Below, in pieces: positions 8,919 to 18,488 of a stretch of 64,000 bases of DNA. The position numbers and the translations under genes are program-made. Origin of the DNA: an uncultured Actinomycetes bacterium (lineage in GTDB: Bacteria > Actinomycetota > Actinomycetes > Nanopelagicales > Nanopelagicaceae); NCBI GenBank assembly GCA_903863015.1, contig CAIPAI010000043.1:5634-69633 (forward strand), in the 5' to 3' direction. How positions within the stretch are numbered: the stretch's first letter is position 1; each line of letters starts with the position of its first letter. The notes under the pieces are model-generated. The model was not told the origin of the DNA. It made no database searches and saw nothing but the letters and a program-made list of their open reading frames with translations.

Positions 8919-10052
8919 TTACTCTGTTTCGGCGAGGACATCGCCAGCATAGGCATCTTGCTTTGCATCAAGGGCAAAGGTGTGCGCCGGATCCCAAGAG
9001 ATACGAACCCGATCCCCCGCCATCACTTCTGATGCATCCACGTTCTGTTCGAACACAATGATTTTTTCATCATCAAGAAATCCTGGAATCTCCACGATGA
9101 ACTGAGTTGAAACGCCGATGTATGAACGTTCAAGAACCGTTCCCACTAGTTGGTTACCTAAGTGATCGTGCGCATGATTTGACTCCGCCGAGATGTAAAT
9201 CTTTTCCGGACGGACGCCAACCCATACTTTGGAATTTGAGGTAGCAACGCGGCTTGCGGGAATCTTGATCTGGTTCCCCCACACCTTGACTCCCACGAAG
9301 TCACCTCGTTCTACCACTTCACCTGTGAGCAAATTCGATTGCCCAAGGAAGTTAGCCACGAATGTGGTCCTCGGGTTTTCATAGAGGTCCATCGGGCTAC
9401 CGAGCTGCTCCACCTTGCCTTGATTCATGACCGCAATAGTGTCGGCCATAGTCATAGCTTCTTCTTGGTCATGAGTTACGTGCACGAAGGTGATGCCCAC
9501 TTCAGTCTGGATGCGCTTGAGCTCTAATTGCATCTGGCGACGAAGTTTAAGATCGAGTGCACCCAGTGGCTCATCTAGTAGAAGCACCTCGGGGCGATTG
9601 ATGAGTGCGCGCGCGAGTGCTACTCGTTGCTGTTGACCACCGGATAGTTGCGATGGCTTACGCCGCGCAAAGGCATCTAGTTCTACGAGTGAGAGCATGG
9701 CGTCAACTTGCGCCGACACATCTTTAATACCCCTGCGGCGTAATCCGAAAGCTACGTTCTCGTAGATGTCGAGGTGCGGAAAGAGTGCGTACGACTGAAA
9801 GACCGTATTAACCGGACGGTTGTACGGCTTGAGTGGGGCGATGTCATGATCGCCGATGAGGATCTGCCCAGCAGTGGGCAGTTCAAGACCAGCGACCATA
9901 CGAAGCGTGGTGGTCTTTCCGCACCCTGATGGACCGAGAAGTGCGAAGAAAGAACCTTTTGGAATCAGGATGTCGATGTCATCGACTGCAACGAAATCAC
10001 CAAACTCTTTGCGTAACGAGACAAGGCGAAGATCGCCGCCAATCTGATCCAT
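8919..10052 (-). CDS. potA: Spermidine/putrescine ABC transporter ATPase
   Basis: Walker A GPSGCGKTT, signature LSGGQQQRV, Walker B LLLDEP and a C-terminal TOBE-like domain are present. I prefer the ATG at 10052 (MDQIGG...), which overlaps the potD stop (ATGA), over the ORF-track start at 10088. Confidence 0.9.
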   Translation of the reverse strand: MDQIGGDLRLVSLRKEFGDFVAVDDIDILIPKGSFFALLGPSGCGKTTTLRMVAGLELPTAGQILIGDHDIAPLKPYNRPVNTVFQSYALFPHLDIYENVAFGLRRRGIKDVSAQVDAMLSLVELDAFARRKPSQLSGGQQQRVALARALINRPEVLLLDEPLGALDLKLRRQMQLELKRIQTEVGITFVHVTHDQEEAMTMADTIAVMNQGKVEQLGSPMDLYENPRTTFVANFLGQSNLLTGEVVERGDFVGVKVWGNQIKIPASRVATSNSKVWVGVRPEKIYISAESNHAHDHLGNQLVGTVLERSYIGVSTQFIVEIPGFLDDEKIIVFEQNVDASEVMAGDRVRISWDPAHTFALDAKQDAYAGDVLAETE

Positions 10053-11281
10053 CAGCCGCCCATCACCTTTGCATAAGCGTCTTGGCAAGACTTCTCGGTG
10101 GCTTCATCAAGACCGGCGAAGATATGAGCTTTAGCCAGAGTTGCCGCATCGGGGAAGATCAATGGATTACTAGCAAGAGCCGGATCAATCTTGGCGGCTT
10201 CCTCCTGCGCGCCATCTACCGGGCAGATGTAATTCACATAAGCAGCCACCTGCGCGGCAACCTTGGGATCGTAGTAATAGTTGATCCATGACTCGGCGTT
10301 CTTCTTATGCTTAGCACCATTGGGTACCTGCATGTTGTCTGACCAGAGCATGGCACCTGCATCAGGAATGACGTATTTGATCTTGTCGTTCTTCGCTTGG
10401 AGTTGAATAACATCACCAGACCAAGCAACACATGCTGCAATATTTCCCTTGGCAAGATCTGGTGCATACTCGTTTCCAGTGAACTTACGAATTTGGCCAG
10501 AATTAACTGCCTTCTGAATCTTTTCGATCGCTGCATCAAAATCGGCTTGATTAAAGACTGATGGATCCTTACCCATCGAAAGCAATACGAGGCCCATTGT
10601 GTCACGCATTTCAGAGAGGCAGGTTACTTTGCCTTTGAGATCAGGACGTGTGAAAAGTTCGTCGATAGTCATTACGGGCTTTGTAACTGCCCCGTTATAA
10701 GCGATGCCACCAAACCCTGATTGCCAAGGGGCTGAGTAATCGCGAGTGGCATCCCACGAAGGAGACTTGAGGGCTGCACGGAGATGCGCGTCAACGTTAG
10801 GGATGTTTGCCTTGTCGAGTTTTTGAACCCAACCCAGGCGAATCATCTTTGCTGCCATCCAGTCGGTGAGCACCATCAAATCACGACCCGTGTCTTGACC
10901 TGCGGCCAGTTGATTACGAACCTTGCCGAAGAAAACGTTGTTATCGCTGACATCTTCGGTGTATGCCACTTTGATCCCGGTGGCGGCGGTAAATGCGACA
11001 ACTGATGGACGAATCGACTCATCATTTGCATCGACATCGATGTAGAGCGGCCAGTTCGACACATTCAATGACTTGTCGGCATCCGATTGATCTGCTGTAG
11101 CAGGCGATGCTGAACCTTTAGTTTCGGCAGTGCCTTTAGTACCGCACGCGGCAAGGAATGCAGCGAGACCGACAGCTCCAGCGCCGGTGATTACTCCACG
11201 GCGGGTGACCTGGCTTGAGACGATCTTGCGCATCTCGGGTGTCAGTGACGCAACAGGCGGCAAGTTCTTCTCTTCTGACAT
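10052..11281 (-). CDS. potD: Polyamine ABC transporter substrate-binding lipoprotein (PotD/PotF-like) with a Tat-type signal
   Basis: 409-aa ORF. The N-terminus carries TRRGVITGAGAVGLAAFLAACG, a twin-arginine motif plus lipobox. A GAGGAG Shine-Dalgarno sequence lies upstream. Confidence 0.85.
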   Translation of the reverse strand: MSEEKNLPPVASLTPEMRKIVSSQVTRRGVITGAGAVGLAAFLAACGTKGTAETKGSASPATADQSDADKSLNVSNWPLYIDVDANDESIRPSVVAFTAATGIKVAYTEDVSDNNVFFGKVRNQLAAGQDTGRDLMVLTDWMAAKMIRLGWVQKLDKANIPNVDAHLRAALKSPSWDATRDYSAPWQSGFGGIAYNGAVTKPVMTIDELFTRPDLKGKVTCLSEMRDTMGLVLLSMGKDPSVFNQADFDAAIEKIQKAVNSGQIRKFTGNEYAPDLAKGNIAACVAWSGDVIQLQAKNDKIKYVIPDAGAMLWSDNMQVPNGAKHKKNAESWINYYYDPKVAAQVAAYVNYICPVDGAQEEAAKIDPALASNPLIFPDAATLAKAHIFAGLDEATEKSCQDAYAKVMGG

Positions 11282-11402
11282 GTCTACTCCTCAGCTCATA
11301 CCGGATCGATCAATCGTGATAGTACGGAGCCTAATCACTTAGAGCCCAGAATCCATCGATTCACTGGCCCTAATTCCGTCCGCGTAAGTGGGCGTAGAGA
11401 AA

Positions 11403-12932
11403 TTACTTGCGTGCACTCGCCGCGTGTTTACGGGTAGTGCCGCCAGCAATCCAGAAGACCACTCCCACCAGCACAAAGAAGAGAACTGGCACTGCCTCGG
11501 TGAAGAGGAACTTCCAGCGCTCTGATTGCTCCCAGCCATCTGGTCGGAAGTCATCACCAAACCAATCCACTCCTAGTCCTGGCGCCACCAATTGGAGAGA
11601 GGCGAAGGCCACGATCAGCGTGAGCCAGACCGAGAGGAACTTGGCCCAAGGTGCGCGGTAAGGACGTGGATGATCGGGGTGAGTGACCCGCAAGCGCCAG
11701 AGCGCAGGGAAAATTGCTAAGTATGAGAGCAAGGTAGTGGAGACCGCAATGCCAAGAACTGCAGTGAAGTACTTCATGGCATTGCCTTCACTGATGGTGC
11801 GTGCCATCACAAGAACTGCAGTCGAGAGCAGACCACTCAAAATGTTGACTCGCACTGGGGTTCCGTACTTTGCCGAGATCACTCCCAGTGAGCGGGGGGC
11901 CGCGCCGTCATAGCCGGAAACGGCGAGCGAACGATCAGACCCCATAATCCAGGTAACTCCTGAAGAGAGCACGCAGATGATGAAGAGGAGCCCGCCAATT
12001 CCACCGAGGAAAGCGCCAAAGCCGGTGAGGACAACTCCGTCAGCCCCGGTTGATCCACCGTAGATGGTGAAAACAGCCTTGATCGCGTCGAGGAAACCAC
12101 CGAGATTGGAGACATCTTGCGTGGGAAGCACCACGAGAATGCCAAGGATGGGCAGACCGTAAAGCAATACAGCTGCGATCGCGGCACGGAAGAGACCGTA
12201 GGGGATATCGCGACGCGGATCCTTCATCTCATCGCCGGCACTATTAGGAAGTTCGAATCCGACGTAATTAAAGAGCAGCACACCTGCGAGTGCAACCAGC
12301 CCAGCGAAGGAAATCCCGAAGTCGCCGACATGGACGCCATGAACGCCATTCTTAAATCCGTAGATGACTACCGATATGGAGAAGAAGCCAAGGAGGATGA
12401 ACCGAGCGAAGGCTCCAAAGGTAGGAATCCACTTGCCCACCTTGAAAGAAAGAATGGCGCTCGTGACACCAATCCAGATAAAGGCGAGAGTAAAGATGTA
12501 CCACCAAATATTTGACATCGGATGACCGTTGAGGAAGAAGGTCTCATACGCGGTCGCTCCAACAAGGGCGAGTGTGCCGCCGAGCCAGACTGGGTTCGTC
12601 ACCCAGTAGAGCACATTGTTGATCGCGGCAGCGAGCCGACCGAAAGCTAAGCGCGCCCAGAGATATGAGCCACCCTCTTGTGGGAATGATGTACCGAGTT
12701 CAGCGAAGAGAAGTGCTTGTGGCACAAAGAAGACGATGGCGAAGATGATTAACCAGGTAAATGCCTGAGCACCCGATGCCGCAACTGTTCCGATCGTATC
12801 GATTCCCACCAAAGTGCAAATGGTGAAGAAGAGAATGTCGTATCTACCGAAGTGCTTTTGCAAATGCGCAGTTTCAGTGAGTGCATCGGACGTGAGATCA
12901 AGCTCTTTAGCCAAGCCGCTATCTATGGACAT
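11403..12932 (-). CDS. APC-superfamily amino acid/polyamine permease
   Basis: 509-aa ORF with about 12 predicted hydrophobic segments and an APC-like N-terminus (FFTICTLVGIDTIG). Confidence 0.85.
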   Translation of the reverse strand: MSIDSGLAKELDLTSDALTETAHLQKHFGRYDILFFTICTLVGIDTIGTVAASGAQAFTWLIIFAIVFFVPQALLFAELGTSFPQEGGSYLWARLAFGRLAAAINNVLYWVTNPVWLGGTLALVGATAYETFFLNGHPMSNIWWYIFTLAFIWIGVTSAILSFKVGKWIPTFGAFARFILLGFFSISVVIYGFKNGVHGVHVGDFGISFAGLVALAGVLLFNYVGFELPNSAGDEMKDPRRDIPYGLFRAAIAAVLLYGLPILGILVVLPTQDVSNLGGFLDAIKAVFTIYGGSTGADGVVLTGFGAFLGGIGGLLFIICVLSSGVTWIMGSDRSLAVSGYDGAAPRSLGVISAKYGTPVRVNILSGLLSTAVLVMARTISEGNAMKYFTAVLGIAVSTTLLSYLAIFPALWRLRVTHPDHPRPYRAPWAKFLSVWLTLIVAFASLQLVAPGLGVDWFGDDFRPDGWEQSERWKFLFTEAVPVLFFVLVGVVFWIAGGTTRKHAASARK

Positions 12933-12967
12933 GCGCCAACCTCTTCTGGAGTAGTGATAGGAGGGTG

Positions 12968-14395
12968 TTACTCGCCGATATTGATCATGACGTGCTTGAT
13001 GCGGGTGTAATCCTCGAAACCGTACATAGAGAGATCTTTCCCGTATCCAGAATGCTTGAAACCACCATGCGGCATTTCAGCCACAATCGGAATGTGCGTA
13101 TTCACCCAAACAACGCCAAAATCGAGACCGCGAGACATGCGCATTGCGGTGCCATTGTCTTTAGTCCACACACTTGAAGCTAAGCCGTACTTCACATCAT
13201 TGGAGAAGGTAAGCGCCTCCGCTTCATTTTGGAATTTTTGTACAGTGACCACAGGTCCAAAGATTTCGTCTTGGATCATCTCGTCCTTTTGTTGCAAATC
13301 TGCAACGACCGTAGCCTCATGGAAATAGCCAGCGCGATCTACTTGATGTCCGCCAGTAACGACATTGGCGTGTGCAGGTACACGCTCCAAGAATCCCTTA
13401 ACGCGCGCTAATTGATTTGCATTATTGAGCGGTCCATAAAGAATCTCTTCATCAGGTGCGCCCGTCGTGGCGATTTCTTTGACCTTCTCTGCGAGCAGCG
13501 CTACGAAATCTTTATACGCCCCCGCTTCCACCATGACACGCGTGGCTGCGGTGCAATCTTGGCCAGCATTGAAGTAGCCGCCAATAGCAACACCTTCTGC
13601 GGCAGCTTCGAGATTAGCATCATCGAAAATGACAACCGGCGCTTTGCCTCCTAATTCGAGGTGGACGCGCTTCACATCTTTAGCAGCGGAGCCAGCAACT
13701 TCCATACCTGCGCGAACCGAGCCGGTAATGGAGACCATCTGCGGAATCTTGTGCTCCACCAGCGAGCGGCCGCTATCGCGGTCACCGCAAACTACGTTGA
13801 AGACACCAGGAGGCAAGAACTCCGCCATGATGTTTGCCATCCAGACGGTTGACGCTGGAGTGGTATCACTAGGCTTCAATACAACGGTGTTTCCGGCTGC
13901 AATTGCCGGCGCCCACTTCCATACGGCCATCATCATTGGGTAATTCCATGGCGTTACTTGCGCACACACACCAATGGGTTCGCGACGAATGATTGAAGTA
14001 TGTCCGCGCATGTACTCACCTGCGCTACGACCTTCGAGAATGCGGGCAGCGCCAGCAAAGAAGCGGATCTGATCAAGCATTGCGGGCATCTCTTCTGACA
14101 TGGTGATCGCCAGTGGCTTGCCGGTGTTCTCGCTCTCGATTGCAATCATTTCCTCGGCACGCGATTCAAATGCATCAGCAATCTTCAGAAGTGCCTTTTG
14201 GCGCTCAGCAGGAGTTGAATCGCGCCAGGACTCGAATGCGATCGACGCTGCGTTAATGGCATGGTCTACATCTGACGCGTTAGATATCGGCGCAGTGGCA
14301 TAGGGCTTACCGGTGACCGGGCTGATGAGCTCGCTGACATTTCCAGACTTACTGTCTAAAGCGAGGCCGTTGACGAAATTCTGAAGCTTCTTCAT
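12968..14395 (-). CDS. NAD-dependent aminoaldehyde dehydrogenase (gamma-aminobutyraldehyde/betaine-aldehyde dehydrogenase-like)
   Basis: 475-aa ORF. The ALDH catalytic motifs LELGGKAP and GQDCTAATR are present, and the N-terminus resembles PatD/YdcW. Confidence 0.9.
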   Translation of the reverse strand: MKKLQNFVNGLALDSKSGNVSELISPVTGKPYATAPISNASDVDHAINAASIAFESWRDSTPAERQKALLKIADAFESRAEEMIAIESENTGKPLAITMSEEMPAMLDQIRFFAGAARILEGRSAGEYMRGHTSIIRREPIGVCAQVTPWNYPMMMAVWKWAPAIAAGNTVVLKPSDTTPASTVWMANIMAEFLPPGVFNVVCGDRDSGRSLVEHKIPQMVSITGSVRAGMEVAGSAAKDVKRVHLELGGKAPVVIFDDANLEAAAEGVAIGGYFNAGQDCTAATRVMVEAGAYKDFVALLAEKVKEIATTGAPDEEILYGPLNNANQLARVKGFLERVPAHANVVTGGHQVDRAGYFHEATVVADLQQKDEMIQDEIFGPVVTVQKFQNEAEALTFSNDVKYGLASSVWTKDNGTAMRMSRGLDFGVVWVNTHIPIVAEMPHGGFKHSGYGKDLSMYGFEDYTRIKHVMINIGE

Positions 14396-14473
14396 GGATC
14401 TCCTTCTGAGTGCCTAGGCGTGAGAGTACGCGGAAATGGACCTTTTGGACACCACCCCAGGCGTAAAAGTAAG

Positions 14474-14509
14474 GAATCCGCAGATATTTGATCTTTTTGC
14501 TACGGATTC
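14474..14509. promoter_or_regulatory. Inverted repeat GAATCCG-N22(AT-rich)-CGGATTC in the divergent ALDH/lrp promoter region; candidate Lrp-type operator
   Basis: The arms lie at 14474-14480 and 14503-14509, flanking the AT-rich spacer cagatatttgatctttttgcta. A related dyad, GAATCcatcGATTC, lies upstream of potD at 11349-11362. Confidence 0.3.
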
Positions 14510-14546
14510 TTTTGCCTTTTGGCTCGAAGTCGGGCATTCTCGGGGC

Positions 14547-15047
14547 ATGTCGGCATCTAGCGTCCCCCGCGGCCTCGCCTTTACTAAGGCTCGCCCCGCC
14601 CGGGTCGCCCTCGATGACACCTCTAAATCCATCATCGAAGAGCTCCAGAGCGATGGCCGTAAGTCCTACGCCGCTATCGGGCTGGCTGTTGGACTCTCTG
14701 AAGCGGCTGTGCGCCAGCGCGTGCAGCGCCTCATCGACTCAGGTGTGATGCAGATCGTCGCTGTTACTGATCCGCTCACCGTGGGCTTTAACCGCATGGC
14801 CATGATCGGCATCAAAGTGGAGGGCGACCTTCAAGATGTTGCAGACCAACTCGCAACTTTCCCGGAAGTTGACTACGTAGTCGTCACGGCCGGTTCATTC
14901 GATTTACTCGCTGAAGTTATTTGTGAAGACGACGATCATCTTCTCGAACTGCTTCAACGCTTTAGAACAATCAAAACGGTGCGCTCAACCGAGAGCTTCG
15001 TTTATTTGAAACTGCAGAAGCAGTTATATAACTGGGGGACAAGATGA
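14547..15047 (+). CDS. Lrp/AsnC-family transcriptional regulator
   Basis: An HTH segment (SYAAIGLAVGLSEAAVRQRVQRL) is followed by a RAM domain. I prefer the ATG at 14547 (MSASS...). The ORF-track start at 14436 would add 37 non-homologous residues. Confidence 0.85.
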   Translation: MSASSVPRGLAFTKARPARVALDDTSKSIIEELQSDGRKSYAAIGLAVGLSEAAVRQRVQRLIDSGVMQIVAVTDPLTVGFNRMAMIGIKVEGDLQDVADQLATFPEVDYVVVTAGSFDLLAEVICEDDDHLLELLQRFRTIKTVRSTESFVYLKLQKQLYNWGTR

Positions 15048-16444
15048 GTATCTCACCACAGGATGTTGTCGAACATTTCGACGACAATCTTTCTAAACGC
15101 GCGACCGAACATATGTGGATGTACTTCTCTCGAATGGGCAGTTACCACGAGGGCGCTTCAGTTCCGATCATCGTGCGCGGTCAAGGTGCGTACATCTTTG
15201 ATGATCGTGGCCGACGCTACCTCGATGGCCTCTCCGGACTCTTCACTGTGCAGATGGGACATGGCCGCGAGGAACTGGCCGACGCTGCCTACAAACAAAT
15301 GATGAAGCTTGCCCACTTCCCTATTTGGGGCTACGGCAATCCCCCAGCCATAGAATTAGCTGAAAAGTTGGCAAGTTTGACTCCGCAAGGTTTGGATCGC
15401 GTCTTCTTCACTACCGCAGGTGGCGAAGCAGTTGAGAGTGCATTCAAATTAGTGAAGCAGTATTTCAAGATGACAGGTAAGCCACTCAAGCACAAAGTCA
15501 TCTCACGCTCGATTGCCTACCATGGCACGACGCAGGGCGCGCTCTCTATCACTGGTATTCCGGCGGCCAAGCAATGGTTTGAGCCACTCATTCCAGGAGC
15601 GCATAAAGTTCCGAACACAAACTTCTACCGCGCGCCAGAACACCTACAGAATGACATCAATGCATTTAGCGAGTGGGCTTCATCGCGAATTGAAGAAGCC
15701 ATCCTCATGGAAGGGCCCGATACAGTCGCGGCAGTGTTTGTTGAACCGGTGCAAAACTCCGGTGGATGCTTCCCGCCTCCCCCCGGCTATTTGCAGCGAG
15801 TTCGCGAAATTTGCGACAAATACGACGTCATCATGGTCTGCGACGAAGTCATCACCGCTTTCGGACGTATCGGTGATTGGTTTGCTAGCAATCGCTACGG
15901 CATCGTGCCCGACATCATCACTTGCGCCAAGGGAATGACCTCAGGTTATGCACCGATGGGAGCGATGATCGTCAACGAACGACTCTATGAACCATTTACC
16001 CAAGGCACCAATACCTTCCTTCATGGCTTCACTTGGGGCGGACACCCCATGGGTGCTGCCGTTGCGCTTGCGAATCTCGAGCTCATGGAGAAAGAGAAGA
16101 TCAACGAACACGTTCGTAGTAACGAGGACGCGTTTAAGAAGACTCTCGAGAAGCTTTACGATCTCGACATCGTCGGCGAGGTGCGCGGCACCGGTTACTT
16201 CTACGGAATCGAATTGGTACGCGACAAGAAGACTCGCGAGACTTTCACGGCCGAAGAGAGCGAGCGCTTACTTCGCGGATTCCTCTCCACGGCGCTCTAC
16301 GACGGTGGGCTCTATTGCCGCACCGATGATCGTGGAGACCCAGTGATTCAGCTCGCTCCCCCATTGATCTGCGACCAATCTCATTTTGATGAGATCGAGC
16401 AAATCTTGCGTGGCGCCCTCGTGGAAGCGATGAAGGTCGTTTGA
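15044..16444 (+). CDS. Class III omega-aminotransferase (putrescine/omega-amino acid:pyruvate-type)
   Basis: 466-aa ORF with DEVITAFGRIG and the PLP lysine in ITCAKGMTSGYAPMGA. Its start overlaps the lrp stop. Confidence 0.9.
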   Translation: MSISPQDVVEHFDDNLSKRATEHMWMYFSRMGSYHEGASVPIIVRGQGAYIFDDRGRRYLDGLSGLFTVQMGHGREELADAAYKQMMKLAHFPIWGYGNPPAIELAEKLASLTPQGLDRVFFTTAGGEAVESAFKLVKQYFKMTGKPLKHKVISRSIAYHGTTQGALSITGIPAAKQWFEPLIPGAHKVPNTNFYRAPEHLQNDINAFSEWASSRIEEAILMEGPDTVAAVFVEPVQNSGGCFPPPPGYLQRVREICDKYDVIMVCDEVITAFGRIGDWFASNRYGIVPDIITCAKGMTSGYAPMGAMIVNERLYEPFTQGTNTFLHGFTWGGHPMGAAVALANLELMEKEKINEHVRSNEDAFKKTLEKLYDLDIVGEVRGTGYFYGIELVRDKKTRETFTAEESERLLRGFLSTALYDGGLYCRTDDRGDPVIQLAPPLICDQSHFDEIEQILRGALVEAMKVV

Positions 16445-17082
16445 GTAAGCGCACACAGGTTCGTCGACTTCCCAAGAAAGCAGTCAACGATCGCGAAGTC
16501 ATGAATCAGATACTCGATGCCGCACTCGTTGCGCATGTGGCAATTGTCGATGACAAACAGCCATATGCGCTGCCGGTGGGCTTTGCTCGAGACGGAGATC
16601 GACTACTTCTTCATGGTTCGGCGGCGTCTCGTCTCTTCAAGAAACTTGCAGATGGAAAACCTTGCTGCGCCACTATCACCATCATGGATGGCCTAGTGAT
16701 GGCTCGTTCTGCCTTTGAATCTTCGATGCATTACAGATGCGTCATGGTCCTGGGTGAAGCAGTGGAGTTGCACGGCGACGAGAAGGTGGCTGCTTTCGAT
16801 CTGCTTGTGAAGGCTTTTATGCCAGGCAGAGAACTCGAAGTCCGCAAGAGCACAAAGAAAGAATTAAAGGCGACCACACTGGTCGCGCTCTCTCTCGATG
16901 AGGCGAGCGTCAAGGTTTCGAATTTCGAGCCAGGCGATCTTCCAGAAGATATGGACTCGCCACTGTGGGCCGGCATTATTCCCATTCAACACACCTTTGG
17001 AACCCCGCGCGATGCCGCAGATCTCAAGCCGGGAATTCCGGTACCTGGTTACATCGCAAAGTGGACCAACGGACGTACTTGA
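16441..17082 (+). CDS. Pyridoxamine 5'-phosphate oxidase-family (FMN-binding split-barrel) protein
   Basis: 213-aa ORF. Its TTG start overlaps the aminotransferase stop. The N-terminal pattern RRLPKKAVNDREVMNQILD...HVA is typical of the Pyridox_ox_2 family. Confidence 0.7.
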   Translation: MSKRTQVRRLPKKAVNDREVMNQILDAALVAHVAIVDDKQPYALPVGFARDGDRLLLHGSAASRLFKKLADGKPCCATITIMDGLVMARSAFESSMHYRCVMVLGEAVELHGDEKVAAFDLLVKAFMPGRELEVRKSTKKELKATTLVALSLDEASVKVSNFEPGDLPEDMDSPLWAGIIPIQHTFGTPRDAADLKPGIPVPGYIAKWTNGRT

Positions 17083-18476
17083 TGAACCTCTGGCTCGAGA
17101 CTCTTGATGCGCCGCTACAACATCGAGCTGGCATTATTGACGATCTCGATGTGGACATCGCGATCGTGGGTGGCGGATTCACTGGGCTCTGGGCCGCGCA
17201 CTTTCTCCGCAAAGAGATGCCCGGCGCAAACATCGTTGTACTGGAAAAAGAGTTTGTAGGTTTTGGGGCCAGCGGCCGAAATGGTGGGTGGGCATCGGCG
17301 CTCTATCCCGTCGCCTTCGATCGTCTAGTCATCGAAGTGGGCCAGGAACGCGCTCGAAATGTGCGGGAAGTGTGGCGCCGAAGCGTTCCTGAATTGGGCG
17401 CAGAATTGGCCGGACTCAGCATCGATGCCGGATTCTCATACGGTGGAAACATCACAGTGGCGCGCACCCAAGTACAAATGAAGCGCGTTGATGCGCAATT
17501 CCTAGCGGCCACGCATGCTGGTGAAGGCGCTGTGCGACTTTCGAAAGATCAAATGCAAGAACGTATCAATGTGAAAGACGCCGTAGGTGGTCTCTTTATA
17601 CGTGAGTGCGCCCGTATTCATCCAGCAAACGCGGTACGCGGTCTTGCTCATGCAGTCGAAAGGGCGGGCGTACGAATCTTTGAAGAGAGCGAAGTGCTCT
17701 CTTTGCGTCCGGGAACATCATCAGTAGCCAAAAAGGGAATCGTGAAAGTGCGACATCGCGGAACGATACGTCGCGTACATGCCACACATATCGTGGAAGC
17801 AACTGAAGGATTCCTTCCCTCCATTAATACACCAGCGCGCTCCAACCGCAGCGTTGTACCGGTCTACTCATTGATGACCGCTACGGAACCACTCTCTCCA
17901 GAAATCTGGAAGGAGATCGGGTGGAGTGGGAATGAAACGCTCGCGGAGGCAAGCCACCTCATTACATATGCTCAGCGCACGGCAGATAATCGCATCGCTA
18001 TTGGCGGACGAGGCGCCCCTTACTTCTTCAATTCAAAGATCTCTCCAGAACAAGATCGAGATCCAGTTGTTCATGGACACTTACGGGAATTGGCGCGTTC
18101 GTGGTTTCCACTCTTGCGCGATGTCAATTTCACCCATGCCTGGGGAGGTCCTTTGGGAATTTCCCGCGATTGGCACCCCACCGTCTCTTTCGATGAGACC
18201 AGTGGTTATGCGCGAGCAGGTGGATATGTGGGCGACGGCGTCACGAGTTCATATGTAGCCGGGCGCACCCTCGCCGACCTTATTTCCGGGAAAGAGAGCG
18301 AATTCACTCATCTCCCCTGGGTCAACCATCAAAGCCCTCAATGGGAAGGCGAACCCGTTCGCTGGCTGGCGATTAATGCCGGCCTGAAAGTGATGACATG
18401 GGCTGATCGTGAGGAGCGTCTCACCCATAGGGAGAGCCTCATTGCGCGTGCGATGGCTCCCCTGCTCGGCCATTAG
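17082..18476 (+). CDS. FAD-dependent amine oxidoreductase (DAO family, PuuB-like)
   Basis: The ATG at 17082 overlaps the preceding TGA. A Rossmann motif DIAIVGGGFTGLWAA is present. The ORF-track N-terminal extension (from 16965) overlaps the upstream gene. Confidence 0.85.
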   Translation: MNLWLETLDAPLQHRAGIIDDLDVDIAIVGGGFTGLWAAHFLRKEMPGANIVVLEKEFVGFGASGRNGGWASALYPVAFDRLVIEVGQERARNVREVWRRSVPELGAELAGLSIDAGFSYGGNITVARTQVQMKRVDAQFLAATHAGEGAVRLSKDQMQERINVKDAVGGLFIRECARIHPANAVRGLAHAVERAGVRIFEESEVLSLRPGTSSVAKKGIVKVRHRGTIRRVHATHIVEATEGFLPSINTPARSNRSVVPVYSLMTATEPLSPEIWKEIGWSGNETLAEASHLITYAQRTADNRIAIGGRGAPYFFNSKISPEQDRDPVVHGHLRELARSWFPLLRDVNFTHAWGGPLGISRDWHPTVSFDETSGYARAGGYVGDGVTSSYVAGRTLADLISGKESEFTHLPWVNHQSPQWEGEPVRWLAINAGLKVMTWADREERLTHRESLIARAMAPLLGH

Positions 18477-18488
18477 TAGACTCCACGT

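Noticed and set aside
16965-17081. The ORF track gives N-terminal extensions for the FAD oxidoreductase (16965), lrp (14436), potA (10088), amtB (44994), yceD (52027) and trpA (1895).
   Set aside because: In each case the extension overlaps the upstream gene or lacks homology. An internal start gives the canonical N-terminus, usually with a start/stop overlap or a Shine-Dalgarno sequence.
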